Below are positions 1 through 12,409 of a DNA stretch of 64,000 bases, piece after piece. The notes under the pieces were generated by a model, which was not told the DNA's origin, did not search any database, and saw only the letters and a program-made list of their open reading frames with translations. The translations under genes and the position numbers were made by a program. Positions within the stretch are counted from its first letter, which is position 1. Each line of letters begins with the position of its first letter. The stretch spans positions 7,417,888 through 7,481,887 of the forward strand of contig NC_092676.1 of assembly GCF_964355755.1 (NCBI RefSeq), written 5' to 3'. Origin of the DNA: Antedon mediterranea. Taxonomy: Eukaryota > Animalia > Echinodermata.

Positions 1-188
1 TCTTTTTTTAATTGTTAATCTCCATTATGTAACCATTGATCTCTGCATGTGCCCTGCATGTGTGTAATTTAATAATAATAATTCAACATTTATTAATTTC
101 TATCAATAAACAATACAATAAAAAAAATGGTATATATAATCTATATATATATATATATAAACACAAGAGGTAAAGAACATTAATTCTA

Positions 189-513
189 AACCGCCCGGTG
201 ATATACTGAAATTTAATTAATTAATTTGAAACGATAAAGATGAGGAAATCTGTGAGAATGAGAAAAAGTCGCCCCAACCGAGACTCGAACTCGGACCGCC
301 TGCTTGATATGCAGATGTCCTAACCATTAGACCACTGGGGCTTTCATGGTATTGTTCGAACTCGATTGGATAACGACTCTTTAACATTCTCGGCGTGGTA
401 CGGCGGAACAGCACTAGTCCTCAGTTGTACGCACGCGCAACAGAGATCATATTGATACGCCCTCATCTTTCAGTATTTTTATTCACGAGGCGGGATCTCC
501 GAAGAGATACTTT
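189..513. mobile_element. Short TA-microsatellite-associated element carrying a tRNA-like cassette
   Basis: Flanked by a ~38-bp direct duplication (TATATATAAACACAAGAGG(T/C)AAAGAACATTAATTCTA at ~150-188 and ~515-552). Degenerate inverted repeat CCGCCCGGTGATATACTGAAA / TTTCAGTATTTTTATTCACGAGGCGG. Confidence 0.5.
271..341 (-). tRNA. tRNA-like cassette (full cloverleaf, anticodon AUC/Asp-like) inside a TA-flanked mobile element; probably a TE-borne tRNA gene or pseudogene
   Basis: Reverse complement GCCCCAGTGGTCTAATGGTTAGGACATCTGCATATCAAGCAGGCGGTCCGAGTTCGAGTCTCGGTTGGGGC. It has A and B boxes, paired acceptor, D, anticodon and T stems, and a T5 terminator 3 nt downstream. Confidence 0.6.
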
Positions 514-1160
514 TATATATATAAACACAAGAGGCAAAGAACATTAATTCTATATATATATATATATATAAATCCAAAGGCAAATTACTGAAAAAAATGA
601 CAATGCTGTGGGTATCAGTGGCTGGATCTCAATGGAGATACAAAAATAAAAAGCGAAAAGCTAAATCAAAACGATAAAGTAAACAGCCAGAAAAGTTAGC
701 AGAGCTAGCCCTTCATCAGTGCAATTGAAGGAATTTGGATAACGTCATAGCAGGGAGTTGTTATTCTGCCTGGTATATATATATATATAATAATGAAACA
801 ATACAACAATACCATTAATAGAGGATCTTGCAAGAAGAAAATTTCTTGTCACGCAAGACCCATAAACGAAAAGACTTATAATACAGTAGTATCATGAATC
901 ATGAAGCAAGTATCTACATGGCATAGAATGTACATGAATAGTAGTACAAATTAGACTTATGCCTTTTCATGTGCTAGATTAGGCTTTATAAAACTGTAGT
1001 AACTCCACTAATAAATCCCTACAGTAATAGTAACCAACCTTAAAAACAAAAGAATACTAACCCATGGTAACTATTAGAAGCTTTATGGCTCTGGTCCTGA
1101 CAAATATTTGAACAGATTTTTTGATACTTTACGTTTATAACTTTCTTCTTATTTCTGTAG

Positions 1161-1655
1161 GCAACCATACCAGGAGGGCTGGACCCCTCCCCTCCCGTAA
1201 CAATCAGATCTCCAACAGGCGCTCTACTGACGCTACCACAACTTTCAATGCTCCCAGAATCTGAACTCACAACAAGAAATGGACCGCCGGTTCCATTAAA
1301 ACAGTTTAAAAAGACGAAGTCACCGACATACGACGAGGCAGAGACTTCGTTTCAACAGTCATACAATCCTAGGCCATACAGAGACAGACTAGAATATAGG
1401 CCAGTGTCACTCCAAGGTTCAGCGGCATATGGTTTGCCAACTAAAGAGAAACGGCCTGCAATAGACATGCTGGCCTCTCTGGAAAAAGAAAAACGAATCG
1501 GTAAACCAGTAGATGACAGTTTTGATGAGTTGAACGTTACCGCAATAATCAAAGGAGCAGATACGCCACAACCACTGATGAAAGTCATCAAAGAAGAGCT
1601 GGAACGACTCGCTAAACTGCGCCCTCACACATATGAGGAAGAAGATATGCTTTAG
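1161..1655 (+). CDS. Terminal coding exon of a gene starting upstream of the window; C-terminus resembles KIAA1549/KIAA1549L (UPF0606)
   Basis: Polypyrimidine acceptor ttcttcttatttctgtag at 1160, an open frame to TAG at 1653-1655, and downstream AATAAA. The C-terminal QPLMKVIKEELERLAK resembles the recalled KIAA1549-family motif LIKAIREELxRL. Confidence 0.65.
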   Translation, partial: ATIPGGLDPSPPVTIRSPTGALLTLPQLSMLPESELTTRNGPPVPLKQFKKTKSPTYDEAETSFQQSYNPRPYRDRLEYRPVSLQGSAAYGLPTKEKRPAIDMLASLEKEKRIGKPVDDSFDELNVTAIIKGADTPQPLMKVIKEELERLAKLRPHTYEEEDML

Positions 1656-2004
1656 ATTTTAAATATAGTGAAAGGTATAAAATCATTAATTTCTAAAGTA
1701 TCTGGTTTTCTGAAAAACGGTAAGGTAAACGGTAAAAGGTAACCATTTGGACCAATAAAGTAAGAACAATAAGTATTATTAATATAGTAATTAAATATAT
1801 TTAATATCTTGTAATTTCTTCCAGTTTTAAACTATCAGAACTTTTTAAAATATATTTAGATAGAAATAATTGGTGCTTTTAATTTATAAATGAAACTTCT
1901 TCCAAATCTTCCACACTCCTTTCCCCTATAAAAATATATTATAAATAAATTAATTAAGTATAATTGTTTCTAAATAAATAAGATAATTTATACAGTAATA
2001 TATT

Positions 2005-2115
2005 GTTTGAAGGTTTGCATGGCGAAATCAAATGTTGATATACCATGTGGTACACCACATAGTTCTGAAAAGAACTGTTGGATTTCTCGACGTTTCGATC
2101 TATATACTTTATATC
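2005..2115 (-). mobile_element. Penelope-like terminal fragment (copy of 19808-19935)
   Basis: Near-identical to 19808-19915, including GAAAAGAACTGTTG...TTTCTCGACGTTTCGATC. Confidence 0.6.
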
Positions 2116-2174
2116 AACATTATGCAGTAATATAATTCAAATATAGAATATATTAAGTAATATCTGCGTATATA

Positions 2175-2369
2175 CAGGGAAAAATTTCATTTCGAAATTC
2201 TGTTTAGCAATATTGCCAATCAAACTGATTTTTGATTCGAGAAACATAGTTTTGTATTGTATTTTTTGCACAACTCCCTGATTTTTTGCTACACAATTGT
2301 ACAAATGTGTAGCAAAAAGGTTGTTTTGTATAGCTTTTTGCTATGCTACACTGGCGAAATTATTCCCTG
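2175..2369. mobile_element. ~195-bp MITE with CAGGGAA(A/T)AATTTC TIRs
   Basis: TIRs CAGGGAAAAATTTC / GAAATTATTCCCTG; a second copy lies at ~37368-37541. Confidence 0.7.
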
Positions 2370-3385
2370 ATATATACAATTGTGTATTCTCACTAAATAA
2401 ATAATATTGATTTTTGAAGGGCCTTAACATTATACAATAAGTGCTGATATCTTTTGCATTGTATTTTTTTTCCACAATTGAGGGTTTGTTTCCCCCTCCC
2501 ATTATACTTTCTTGATACAGTATACTGTATGCAATCACCCATTGCTTGTGATTATTGCTTCTAATATGTTTAGGATTTAACTATTTGTGTGGTGCTATTT
2601 TTTTATGTTGATTAATTTTGTTGCACTTTATACCTTTCCTATTAATTTATATGTTTGTATTTGTTTTTTAATGTTGATTTAATTTTGTATTTTGAATATT
2701 TTGCACCACGTCGATTTGTTAAAAAGCAGATAATATTTTATTTAATATTTTTACCAATTTTATTTGGAAAAATAGATTTTAACTTTTCAAGTATAAATGG
2801 CAATACTACAATCTTCCTTTTTAAACCAAAAGTATTTAGTATTTTTAGATGTAAAGTATATATAATAGGAGTAAATATTTTAATATATATTTCCAATGTT
2901 TACCCACCTTGAAAAAACTGTAAAGTATTTAATAATAAAACTACATAGGTATTTGTACATTAGAGAATATGTATATAGTATTTATTAAGTGTGTGCAGTG
3001 TTGCCAGTATTCACAATATACTTGATATTGAATGTATTTTGAAAATGATAAAATAGATTAACAAAACTTGAATTTTAGAAAATATGTATATTGGTGTATA
3101 TTTTATAGATTATATTCTTAAACTGGAATTATATTAGAGAGTTTACAAATTGAATGAAATAATTAAAATATGTTATTTATTCAGTTTAATGTAATTTAAT
3201 TTGGCTAATTATTTCAGAGCCATGAAATAAAAAGGAGGGGAGGGGACAAAACAATCATTCTTGTTCATAACTAAAGCGAACTACATGATAAGCATACTTG
3301 GTGTCTTTCAAATAGAAATTGGAATAGACATTGTATGACAATGCATGAAATGATGATAAGAATATGAAATATTGTAATATGAGCC

Positions 3386-3717
3386 ACAGTGGAACCTCTG
3401 TTAAGGGGACACCTTCAAGGCCCAAAAAGTGTCTCCTTATAGATTGTCCCTGAATAGAAATTGGCAGAGCGTTAAAAAATATGTTTTCCCTAGTTCTTTT
3501 CACGGTAAAATGTCCCTTAATAGGGTTGTCCCCTAAATAGGAGTTGGCTGTAGTGTTAAAAACATATATTTCTCCTTGTTCGTTTCACATGGGTGTCCCC
3601 TTAATAGGTTTGTCCCCTAAATAGGAGTTGGCTGTAGTGTTAAAAACATATATTTTTCCTTATCTGTTTCACATGGATGTCTCCTGAATAGGGGTGTCCC
3701 AAAGAGAAGTTGTACTG
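3386..3717. mobile_element. Tc1/mariner-type MITE (CAGTGGAACCTC...) with internal TGTCCCCT-AATAGG repeats
   Basis: Degenerate TIRs CAGTGGAACCTCTGTTAAGGGGACACC / GGTGTCCCAAAGAGAAGTTGTACTG; a related copy lies at ~34992-35170. Confidence 0.55.
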
Positions 3718-4037
3718 GATACGGAGTAATCAGTATCAATGATGCAAAAAAGTCAAAGTGGAAGTCAATGGGGTTTTTTGTTGAATTTAACCGTTTAGTG
3801 TGTCTTTTTTTCTACGGACATTATTAACTTTATTAAAACTGCGAAATGGCTTTTTTTATTAATCTTTCTTTTTCGTGTTTTTTGGGGAAAATACATCTTT
3901 AAGATTATATAATCATATCCTGACCAGTGTAAAACTATCTTGCCTTGTTAGTACTTTACTGCTTCCAATCTATTTGTTTAAAAGACCAAAACATAATACA
4001 CCACCTCGAATCTGAAGATGTTCTTATATGTGTATTA

Positions 4038-4121
4038 CATGTTTATCACTTTCCAGGTCATGTTTATCACTTTCCAGTTCATGTGTATCACTTTCCAGTT
4101 CATGTTTATCACTTTCCAGTT
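4038..4121. repeat. 21-bp minisatellite (CATGTTTATCACTTTCCAGTT), ~4 copies
   Basis: Direct tandem repeat. Confidence 0.9.
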
Positions 4122-4380
4122 TCCCCACCATTACACTTTTTTCGTAAGCAGAGTGTACTGTCAACTTACATTAGGTATTGCTTTAAGTTTCATTTATTTT
4201 AATGTAGGCTATTTGAGTGTATATGTATGAATTATGTGAAGAAATAAAGAAAGACTTTTTGCAATAGAAATGTACTTGTCTTTACTGTTTAATGGTTTCG
4301 CTAATGTTTTATATGCAATTACAACTACACTAATGAGACCCAAAAACGTGTCATAATAATAATAATAATAAGAATCTTGA

Positions 4381-5150
4381 TGTCCCCTGAATAGGTGTTG
4401 GCTGTGTGTTTATATTTATTTTCTAGCTAATATCATGGTAAAGTGTCCCCTGAATAGGTGTTGGCTGTGTGTTTAGATTTATTTTCTAGTTCATATCATG
4501 GGAAAGTGTCCCCTGAATAGGTGTTGGCTGTGTGTTTATATTTATTTTCTAGTTCATATCATGGGAAAGTGTCCCCTGAATAGGTGTTGGCTGTGTGTTT
4601 ATATTTATTTTCTAGCTAATATCATGGTAAAGTGTCCCCTGAATAGGTGTTGGCTGTGTGTTTATATTTATTTTCTAGTTCATATCATGGGAAAGTGTCC
4701 CCTGAATAGGTGTTGGCTGTGTGTTTATATTTATTTTCTAGTTAATATCATGGGAAAGTGTCCCCTGAATAGGTGTTGGCTGTGTGTTTATATTTATTTT
4801 CTAGTTCATATCATGGGAAAGTGTCCCCTGAATAGGTGTTGGCTGTGTGTTTAGATTTATTTTCTAGTTCATATCATGGGAAAGTGTCCCCTGAATAGGT
4901 GTTGGCTGTGTGTTTAGATTTATTTTCTAGTTTATATCATGGGAAAGTGTCCTCTGAATAGGTGTTGGCTGTGTGTTTATATTTATTTTCTAGTTCATAT
5001 CATGGAAAAGTGTTCCCTGAATAGGTGTTGGCTGTGTGTTTATATTTATTTTCTAGTTCATATCATGGGAAAGTGTCCCCTGAATAGGTGTTGGCTGTGT
5101 GTTTATATTTATTTTCTAGTTCATATCATGGGAAATGTCCCCTGAATAGG
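4381..5150. repeat. 63-bp tandem satellite, ~12 copies
   Basis: Unit TGTCCCCTGAATAGGTGTTGGCTGTGTGTTTATATTTATTTTCTAGTTCATATCATGGGAAAG. Confidence 0.95.
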
Positions 5151-5661
5151 GGCTTTATTGTTACAACTCTGCTCAAATTATTCAAGAAAATTCATTCACA
5201 CATTGTGTTGCGACACCAGTGTAAAATAGACCTACCAGTGTTCTTAATTGAAGTCCTTAATGTATTTAAAGCATGTTGTACTTTGTTGTGTTTTGTTTTC
5301 TTTTTCTGTCTTATCTCATGTATAGACCCTACGTACTGATTCAAATTCAAAATCAAAACAAATAAGCAAAAATAATACGACATATTATTGCTTGAACGAC
5401 TTTCGATTTGTTTTTGTTTCATTTTTTTTTGTTCTCACGTGTAATGTATATTGACTATTCTAAATACATGACGTAACACACCTCAGATTGTCCGTACAGA
5501 GGTTCGGCAACTCGCATACAAATCGGTCCAAATATATACAGTAGGTAGCAAACTAACTTCAAGATTTCATGAATAACAATGATATCTATTGGAGCATTGT
5601 TACGTAAGATTCGCCAATAGTGATGTTTACTAGTACATTGTTACAAAACGTAAAATGCATA

Positions 5662-5928
5662 ACAGTGATTTCTATTGGTACAGTGATTTCTATTGGTACA
5701 GTGATTTCTATTGGTACAGTGATTTCTTATTGGTACAGTGATTTCTATTGGTACAGTGATTTCTATAGGTACAGTCATTTCTATTGGTACAGTGATTTAT
5801 ATTGGTACAGTGTTTTCTATTGGTACAGTGATTTCTATTGGTACAGTGATTTCTATTGGTACAGTGATTTCTATTGGTACAGTGATTATATTTCTATTGG
5901 TACAGTGATTTCTATTGGTACAGTGATT
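5662..5928. repeat. 18-bp minisatellite (ACAGTGATTTCTATTGGT), ~14 copies
   Basis: Direct tandem repeat. Confidence 0.95.
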
Positions 5929-5939
5929 GTAACAGGTAT

Positions 5940-6096
5940 GGCATTGAATGAATTATGGTTCCAGGTCGAGTCTTTGCCTCAATGGTTGGTAGAAGTGTCG
6001 GGTACAATTTCCATAATGTCCTTTTGCTGATGTTGTGGTTGTATCCACCAGCCCGAAGATCCAGACTTCTTCAGCTGGTGCACGGCCTCTACCATT
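5940..6096 (-). pseudogene. Merlin (IS1016/IS1595-like) transposase fragment
   Basis: The reverse complement aligns with 54293-54468 (AATGGTAGAGGCCGTGCACCAGCT...GGATACAACCACAAC...CATTGAGGCAAAGACTCGACCTGG). Confidence 0.75.
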
Positions 6097-7289
6097 TTTA
6101 AAGTAAAATCACCAAAACTGACTTCTATTGGTGCGTGTTGGTCTATTCATGAATTGTTATATGACGTAGGATCACCAACACAGATTTTTATTGGTGCATT
6201 GTTACGTAACGTAAAATGCAAAATATTTCAAAAAAATGCAAGAAAAAGACGGTTAGAGACGGAAGACAGTATTCGGCTTTCAAGGTAGTAGTAGGGCGGA
6301 TAGTTTGTTTACTCGCTATTTTACCATTTACCAATGCCAGTAGTGTATGTAGTATTGGGTAAGTTGAGAACATTATATTGCATTTAGTATGTTACGTTAT
6401 ACTTAGGATAGAATAAGCCGAATAAACCAGAGCAACGGTTCTAATTTGTAATTGCAAAGATGGTCATCATGTTGTTGCATTGCCGACAGGTACTTACTCT
6501 TTTGAATAATTAGTCATACCTTTTAATCAAGCCTGTTCTCGTGGATTTTCTTCTTTGAATACATTACAATTCTAGATACATATAATACTAAACGAGCGTA
6601 TTTTAGTTTATTGCTTGGAATTACGGTATCGCACTAAGTTATGCCCGGTAGAGCCTGGTTGGTTTTATCAAAAAGGTAAACGAGTAGCCTACATGCCTAT
6701 ATAGTAAATTTACCCACCAGAAATAATTGTTTAATGGTTGTGACTTTGTGAACCAGCTATTAGTGACGTATTTTCTAACGATAACTTTTTTTTAACGATT
6801 AACTTTTATTTTATAGGTCTTTGGAAGAAATTAAAATAGTAATTTACAAGGGAAATCATTCACCTGTTCTTTAGGCCTAATCGGACTAGTCGTGGATGAA
6901 TCACTAAAGATTTAAAAATGCCTTGCATATGGCCTACTACTACTGCTACAATTGCACCACTGAAGTCTACGCTTCGTTGTTTCCACAAGCCTTTCTGGAT
7001 AATATATTCAAGACTTCCTAGGATATTATAATTCTTTCTGGATTAATATTTCTCTCTTGGATTTATATTTCTTGGATTGTTATATGATATCATCGCAGCT
7101 TTGGAGCATCAGTTCATCAAACATAGTAAGAACTAACACTACCGAAGCAAAACAATTGTTTGTATTATACATCAATACAAACCACTGTTTTGGTTCAAAA
7201 CAAAGTAACAGACAAGAAAAAGAATGTCGGAACCGTTTTCTTTTTCTTCGGTTTTATTGCTGCAGAGAAGAACACACATTTTTGGTGTG

Positions 7290-7468
7290 CATTTTTCATC
7301 CTTTGATCAACTTACCAAGAATTTTCTTCGATTTTATATTTTTCATCCTTCGATCAACTTGGCAAGAATTTTCTTGGATTTTACTTTTTCATCCTTCGAT
7401 CAACTCACAAAGATTTTTCTTCGATTTTACATTTTTCATCCTTCGATCAACTCAGCGAGAATTTTCTT
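7290..7468. repeat. ~47-50-bp tandem repeat, ~4 copies
   Basis: TTTTCATCCTT(C/T)GATCAACT...AGA(A)TTTT units. Confidence 0.8.
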
Positions 7469-7639
7469 TGCACAATAGTCTTTTTTTATTCCATTTTGGA
7501 AATCTACGAGTTCTTTACTCCACTTTTTAGACATTTTTATCATTTGCTCTAGGCCGACGTTTTCATCGTACTCAACAGTTCGTCGAAACATTTTCCATTT
7601 TTCAATCATGGTATTTAGGAAAACGATTAATGATTAAAA

Positions 7640-7900
7640 AAAAGTAGCTTTTCTCTAAATAAAATCATGTCCAAAAACTGAAAAGAAAAATATGAAAAAA
7701 AATTTCATAATTTTAAAGTTTTTGGACATACAATATTTACAATATAAATAATAAGAATTTAAATTAATATAGGAAAGCTCGAAAAAGCATGTATAAAACG
7801 CATTTAAAACAAGGCTAACAGCCATAAGTCGCGTGCCAAAACGCATAGTGATACCGGACCGACAGACAGACCGACCAACATAGTGAACTACGCGACTAAA
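7640..7900 (-). mobile_element. Helentron/DINE-like non-autonomous element fragment
   Basis: Minus strand TTTAGTCGCGTAGTTCACTATGTTGGTCGGTCTGTCTGTC; related pieces at ~12080-12120 and ~23835-23930. Confidence 0.4.
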
Positions 7901-8151
7901 GAGTTATTGCAAAAAAATAACACCTCGATCTCTGACAACCGAAGATGTTCTTTATTTTCTACGTTTCCTTTTCTCTACGCTACATTATTTTCTTCTCCAA
8001 TTTGGAACAGACAAGACTACACTATTTTAAAGTTATTCTGATACAGGTTTATGCATGTTGTGCATTATTGCAGAACATTTGGATACATGTGTAGGTGTAG
8101 CGTGACACGTGCCGTTTGTCTTACTGTTATAGGTACTCACATAAGTAACCC

Positions 8152-8154
<3 letters not shown>

Positions 8155-8185
<31 letters not shown>

Positions 8186-8706
8186 TGAACACTTTCATAT
8201 TTGAATTTAAAAAATAGCTTAAAATAATAACACTTTCTTATTAATAGTAATACACAATATAAATAATAACACTTTTTAAATAATAATAATATATAATATA
8301 CATTTCTCTTAAGAACAAACTATAAATAATTTCATGATGTAATAAATATAAATCTACTTTTTCTTTTTTCTTAAAAACAAAGTCTATAAATAATTTGTTG
8401 TCAATTTTTTCTTTTATAACATATTTCAGCTAAATAATTTAATTAAACATAAAACTTTCTTATTCAAATAAATAGTTATAACTTACTAAATAAACAGATC
8501 ATAAAAGTGTATAAATAATTCAGGATTAAAAAACATATTATAAAAAACAGTACTAAGTCTATTTTTTTTTAATGCAAAGTTACCAGTCAATAAGTTCATG
8601 TTTTTCCAAGAAAGGACTCCATTTGTTTAAGTAAGTATGATGCTCCCCTTTAGTTTTCAAAATAAATTCTTCTTGTTTAACGTGTAACTTAATCTCATTC
8701 ACGTAG
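8155..8706 (-). mobile_element. 5'-truncated L1/Tx1-like LINE (ORF2 C-terminus, 3'UTR, polyA)
   Basis: T29 tract next to TTTATT. The minus frame reads YVNEIKLHVKQEEFILKTKGEHHTYLNKWSPFLEKHELIDW*. TSD CCCATATTTT at 8149 and 8707. Confidence 0.7.
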
Positions 8707-9146
8707 CCCATATTTTACATATAGCATCGAATGTGGCAAGTTTTGCATTGTAATGCTGTAATATAGGCCTACTGTAAATATCAGATCTAGAGGCATAGAC
8801 ATATCTTTAAATGTCTTTTATGAAAACAAAAGTATTATATATAACTAAATGTATTGCTTAATTTTTGGGATTGGCAAAATATTAAATATAATAGATAATA
8901 ATGTTTGGAAGAGTATAAATATTGTACTGTACTCGTGTGGTTGTTAAATTGTGGGTTATTTTGGTGATCCGTTTGGCGAGCCTCTCCAACACACGTGTCT
9001 TCCTGGTTATAGAATACTTAGTAATCTAATGGAAATAAACGGAAAAATAAAAATAAATAAATCGTGTGGAATACTCGATTGAAATCCAAAACACGGTTGT
9101 GTTTGAGAACGCCCGATTCGTTTCGTAAACGCGTAACGATCCGTTT

Positions 9147-10593
9147 TGGCGAAGCACTCAACAATCGTAAGCCGCTTGGCGAAGCACTCAACAATCGTAA
9201 GCCGCTTGGCGAAGCACTCAACAATCGTAAGCCGCTTGGCGAAGCACTCAACAATCGTAAGCCGCTTGGCGAAGCACTCAACAATCGTAAGCCGCTTGGC
9301 GAAGCACTCAACAATCGTAAGCCGCTTGGCGAAGCACTCAACAATCGTAAGCCGCTTGGCGAAGCACTCAACAATCGTAAGCCGCTTGGCGAAGCACTCA
9401 ACAATCGTAAGCCGCTTGGCGAAGCACTCAACAATCGTAAGCCGCTTGGCGAAGCACTCAACAATCGTAAGCCGCTTGGCGAAGCACTCAACAATCGTAA
9501 GCCGCTTGGCGAAGCACTCAACAATCGTAAGCCGCTTGGCGAAGCACTCAACAATCGTAAGCCGCTTGGCGAAGCACTCAACAATCGTAAGCCGCTTGGC
9601 GAAGCACTCAACAATCGTAAGCCGCTTGGCGAAGCACTCAACAATCGTAAGCCGCTTGGCGAAGCACTCAACAATCGTAAGCCGCTTGGCGAAGCACTCA
9701 ACAATCGTAAGCCGCTTGGCGAAGCACTCAACAATCGTAAGCCGCTTGGCGAAGCACTCAACAATCGTAAGCCGCTTGGCGAAGCACTCAACAATCGTAA
9801 GCCGCTTGGCGAAGCACTCAACAATCGTAAGCCGCTTGGCGAAGCACTCAACAATCGTAAGCCGCTTGGCGAAGCACTCAACAATCGTAAGCCGCTTGGC
9901 GAAGCACTCAACAATCGTAAGCCGCTTGGCGAAGCACTCAACAATCGTAAGCCGCTTGGCGAAGCACTCAACAATCGTAAGCCGCTTGGCGAAGCACTCA
10001 ACAATCGTAAGCCGCTTGGCGAAGCACTCAACAATCGTAAGCCGCTTGGCGAAGCACTCAACAATCGTAAGCCGCTTGGCGAAGCACTCAACAATCGTAA
10101 GCCGCTTGGCGAAGCACTCAACAATCGTAAGCCGCTTGGCGAAGCACTCAACAATCGTAAGCCGCTTGGCGAAGCACTCAACAATCGTAAGCCGCTTGGC
10201 GAAGCACTCAACAATCGTAAGCCGCTTGGCGAAGCACTCAACAATCGTAAGCCGCTTGGCGAAGCACTCAACAATCGTAAGCCGCTTGGCGAAGCACTCA
10301 ACAATCGTAAGCCGCTTGGCGAAGCACTCAACAATCGTAAGCCGCTTGGCGAAGCACTCAACAATCGTAAGCCGCTTGGCGAAGCACTCAACAATCGTAA
10401 GCCGCTTGGCGAAGCACTCAACAATCGTAAGCCGCTTGGCGAAGCACTCAACAATCGTAAGCCGCTTGGCGAAGCACTCAACAATCGTAAGCCGCTTGGC
10501 GAAGCACTCAACAATCGTAAGCCGCTTGGCGAAGCACTCAACAATCGTAAGCCGCTTGGCGAAGCACTCAACAATCGTAAGCCGCTTGGCGAA
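9147..10593. repeat. Perfect 30-bp satellite, 48 identical copies
   Basis: Unit GAAGCACTCAACAATCGTAAGCCGCTTGGC with no variant seen and no spacers. Confidence 0.98.
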
Positions 10594-12409
10594 TATAGTT
10601 CATGTCTACTTTTCAAAATAATAAAAAAAAACCTAGTTGTTCAAATATTGTCATACATTATTAATTAGTATCACAAGAATCCCTTCTAATTTAGGTATGC
10701 GAACTTCAGTAGGTTAATGTACTTTTAGACATTAAGTTTAAATAATTTTGGTGAACACTACAATAACAATAACAACAATATTTATTTAAACTGTGTCGCC
10801 GTCAAAAAAAATTACATTTTGGAAAAATAAATAGGTAATTTATATGGACGACAATTGCTTGTCTATACAATATGTTCAACCGGTACAACATTATCTTTAC
10901 TTCTAATGTATTCATTCGTTATTTCAGCCATCAGCCTACTTCCCAATGCTGAACCGAACCGATCCGGTTCTCTCTGGTACACAGCTCTTATTCAGGATAT
11001 ACTTTCTCTTTCCATCTTTCCATGTGTGCCTCTTCTTTGAGTTCATTGAACTGTCCATCTGTTGTCTGACGAGGTTTGTTGTCTTTAACCTGTAATTTTA
11101 TCTGAATTGTATGCCCTTTAGATGTGACTTGAGATGCTTGTTACATTCTTTTTTTTTAATTTGAAATAAAGGATGATTAGTAGGCCTATTCCTGTCAAGC
11201 TTTTTTAATATCAACATGTACTCCTTTGCGTTCTCTTAGAATGTGTGTTACATTTTCGATACTTCGTATGTATTATTGAAGATGTTACAAACATGGTTCA
11301 TGTGACTCTACTTTTGATATTTATCCAATCTAATCGGTAATCTGCTATAATATTTGATAGAATCATTTTAAAAATTAATCCTGACCTTTTGAGACTCTTT
11401 GCAGTTTACTAATATAAGAAAAGTACTGACTATTATCATTTATAAAAATACATTTATTTATATTTTTAGACAATACAATACAAGTTGAAGTTCAACTCTA
11501 CGAATTTAAAATGAAATAAATTTATTTTTCTGTTTTTGAACACCGTTTCGTAAAACTAAACTCATTTATTTCTCCTTTTTTTGTAGACAATACAAAATCT
11601 AATGTCTTGCAAATACCATCTTAATAAAAAGGAATTAATATTAATAAATGTGCTTTTTACAGAAAAGAAAAATGTATTTTAACCCAACATATAACGATCA
11701 AACTTACGAACAAGAACTTTGAAGTGTTGTTTGGTCCGAACGGCGTGGAGATTAACACGAAGAATTATGGAAAGAACATTACAAAACCTTCCGCAAAAAA
11801 AAGAACATTAAAAAGCATGTCATCACAGATGAAGATGTCGAAGAGACCAATAGATTGCCTGATGAGACCCATTAACTGCTGGCGCTATGTACTTAGAAAC
11901 AGGAAAATCTACAGTACACAATATCCCATTCTACTAAAACATGGCCATTGATGGTCCTACCATGAATCTCTTTCTCTGTTACAGTTCGATGGTAAATATC
12001 TTAGTAAATCTTTCAGAAGAATAGTTTGACGGAACACTGTCATCGTCATCTTAAATTTGGTCAATTCCGTCTTGTTGAAAGGTTGGTCGGTCGGTCGGTT
12101 GGTCGGTAAACACGAATTAAAAACAATAAAATCAATCAATGTTTTAACTTTAAAACGTAACTCTAAATTCTTTATTCATATTAACACTAATGTGTAATTA
12201 TTTTACATTATGTAGGCTACAGTAAATTAATCAAAGAAATTATTATTTATTTACATTATTATTATTATTGTACAAATTTAATATAAAATAAATAATTAAA
12301 AAAGTTATTACATAAACCGATTACATAAAATTTACAAAAATTTTATAATTTAAATGTTAAAAAATATATATATATATATAATAAAAAACAAAAGAATAAA
12401 CTAATTAGC

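Noticed and set aside
4498-5145. Repeated MGKCPLNRCWLC zinc-finger-like peptide
   Set aside because: Translation of a 63-bp MITE-derived satellite, interrupted by stops.
5620-6030. YWYSDF repeat protein
   Set aside because: 18-bp minisatellite with frame-shifting variants, running into an antisense Merlin fragment.
9018-10668. Three ~500-aa ORFs or a CRISPR-like array
   Set aside because: Pure 30-bp tandem repeat with no spacers and no cas genes in a eukaryotic context. The ORFs result from a stop-free unit whose length is divisible by 3.
11640-11960. Coding-like segment after a possible acceptor
   Set aside because: Stops or frameshifts and no recognisable motif; possibly a decayed TE but not assignable.
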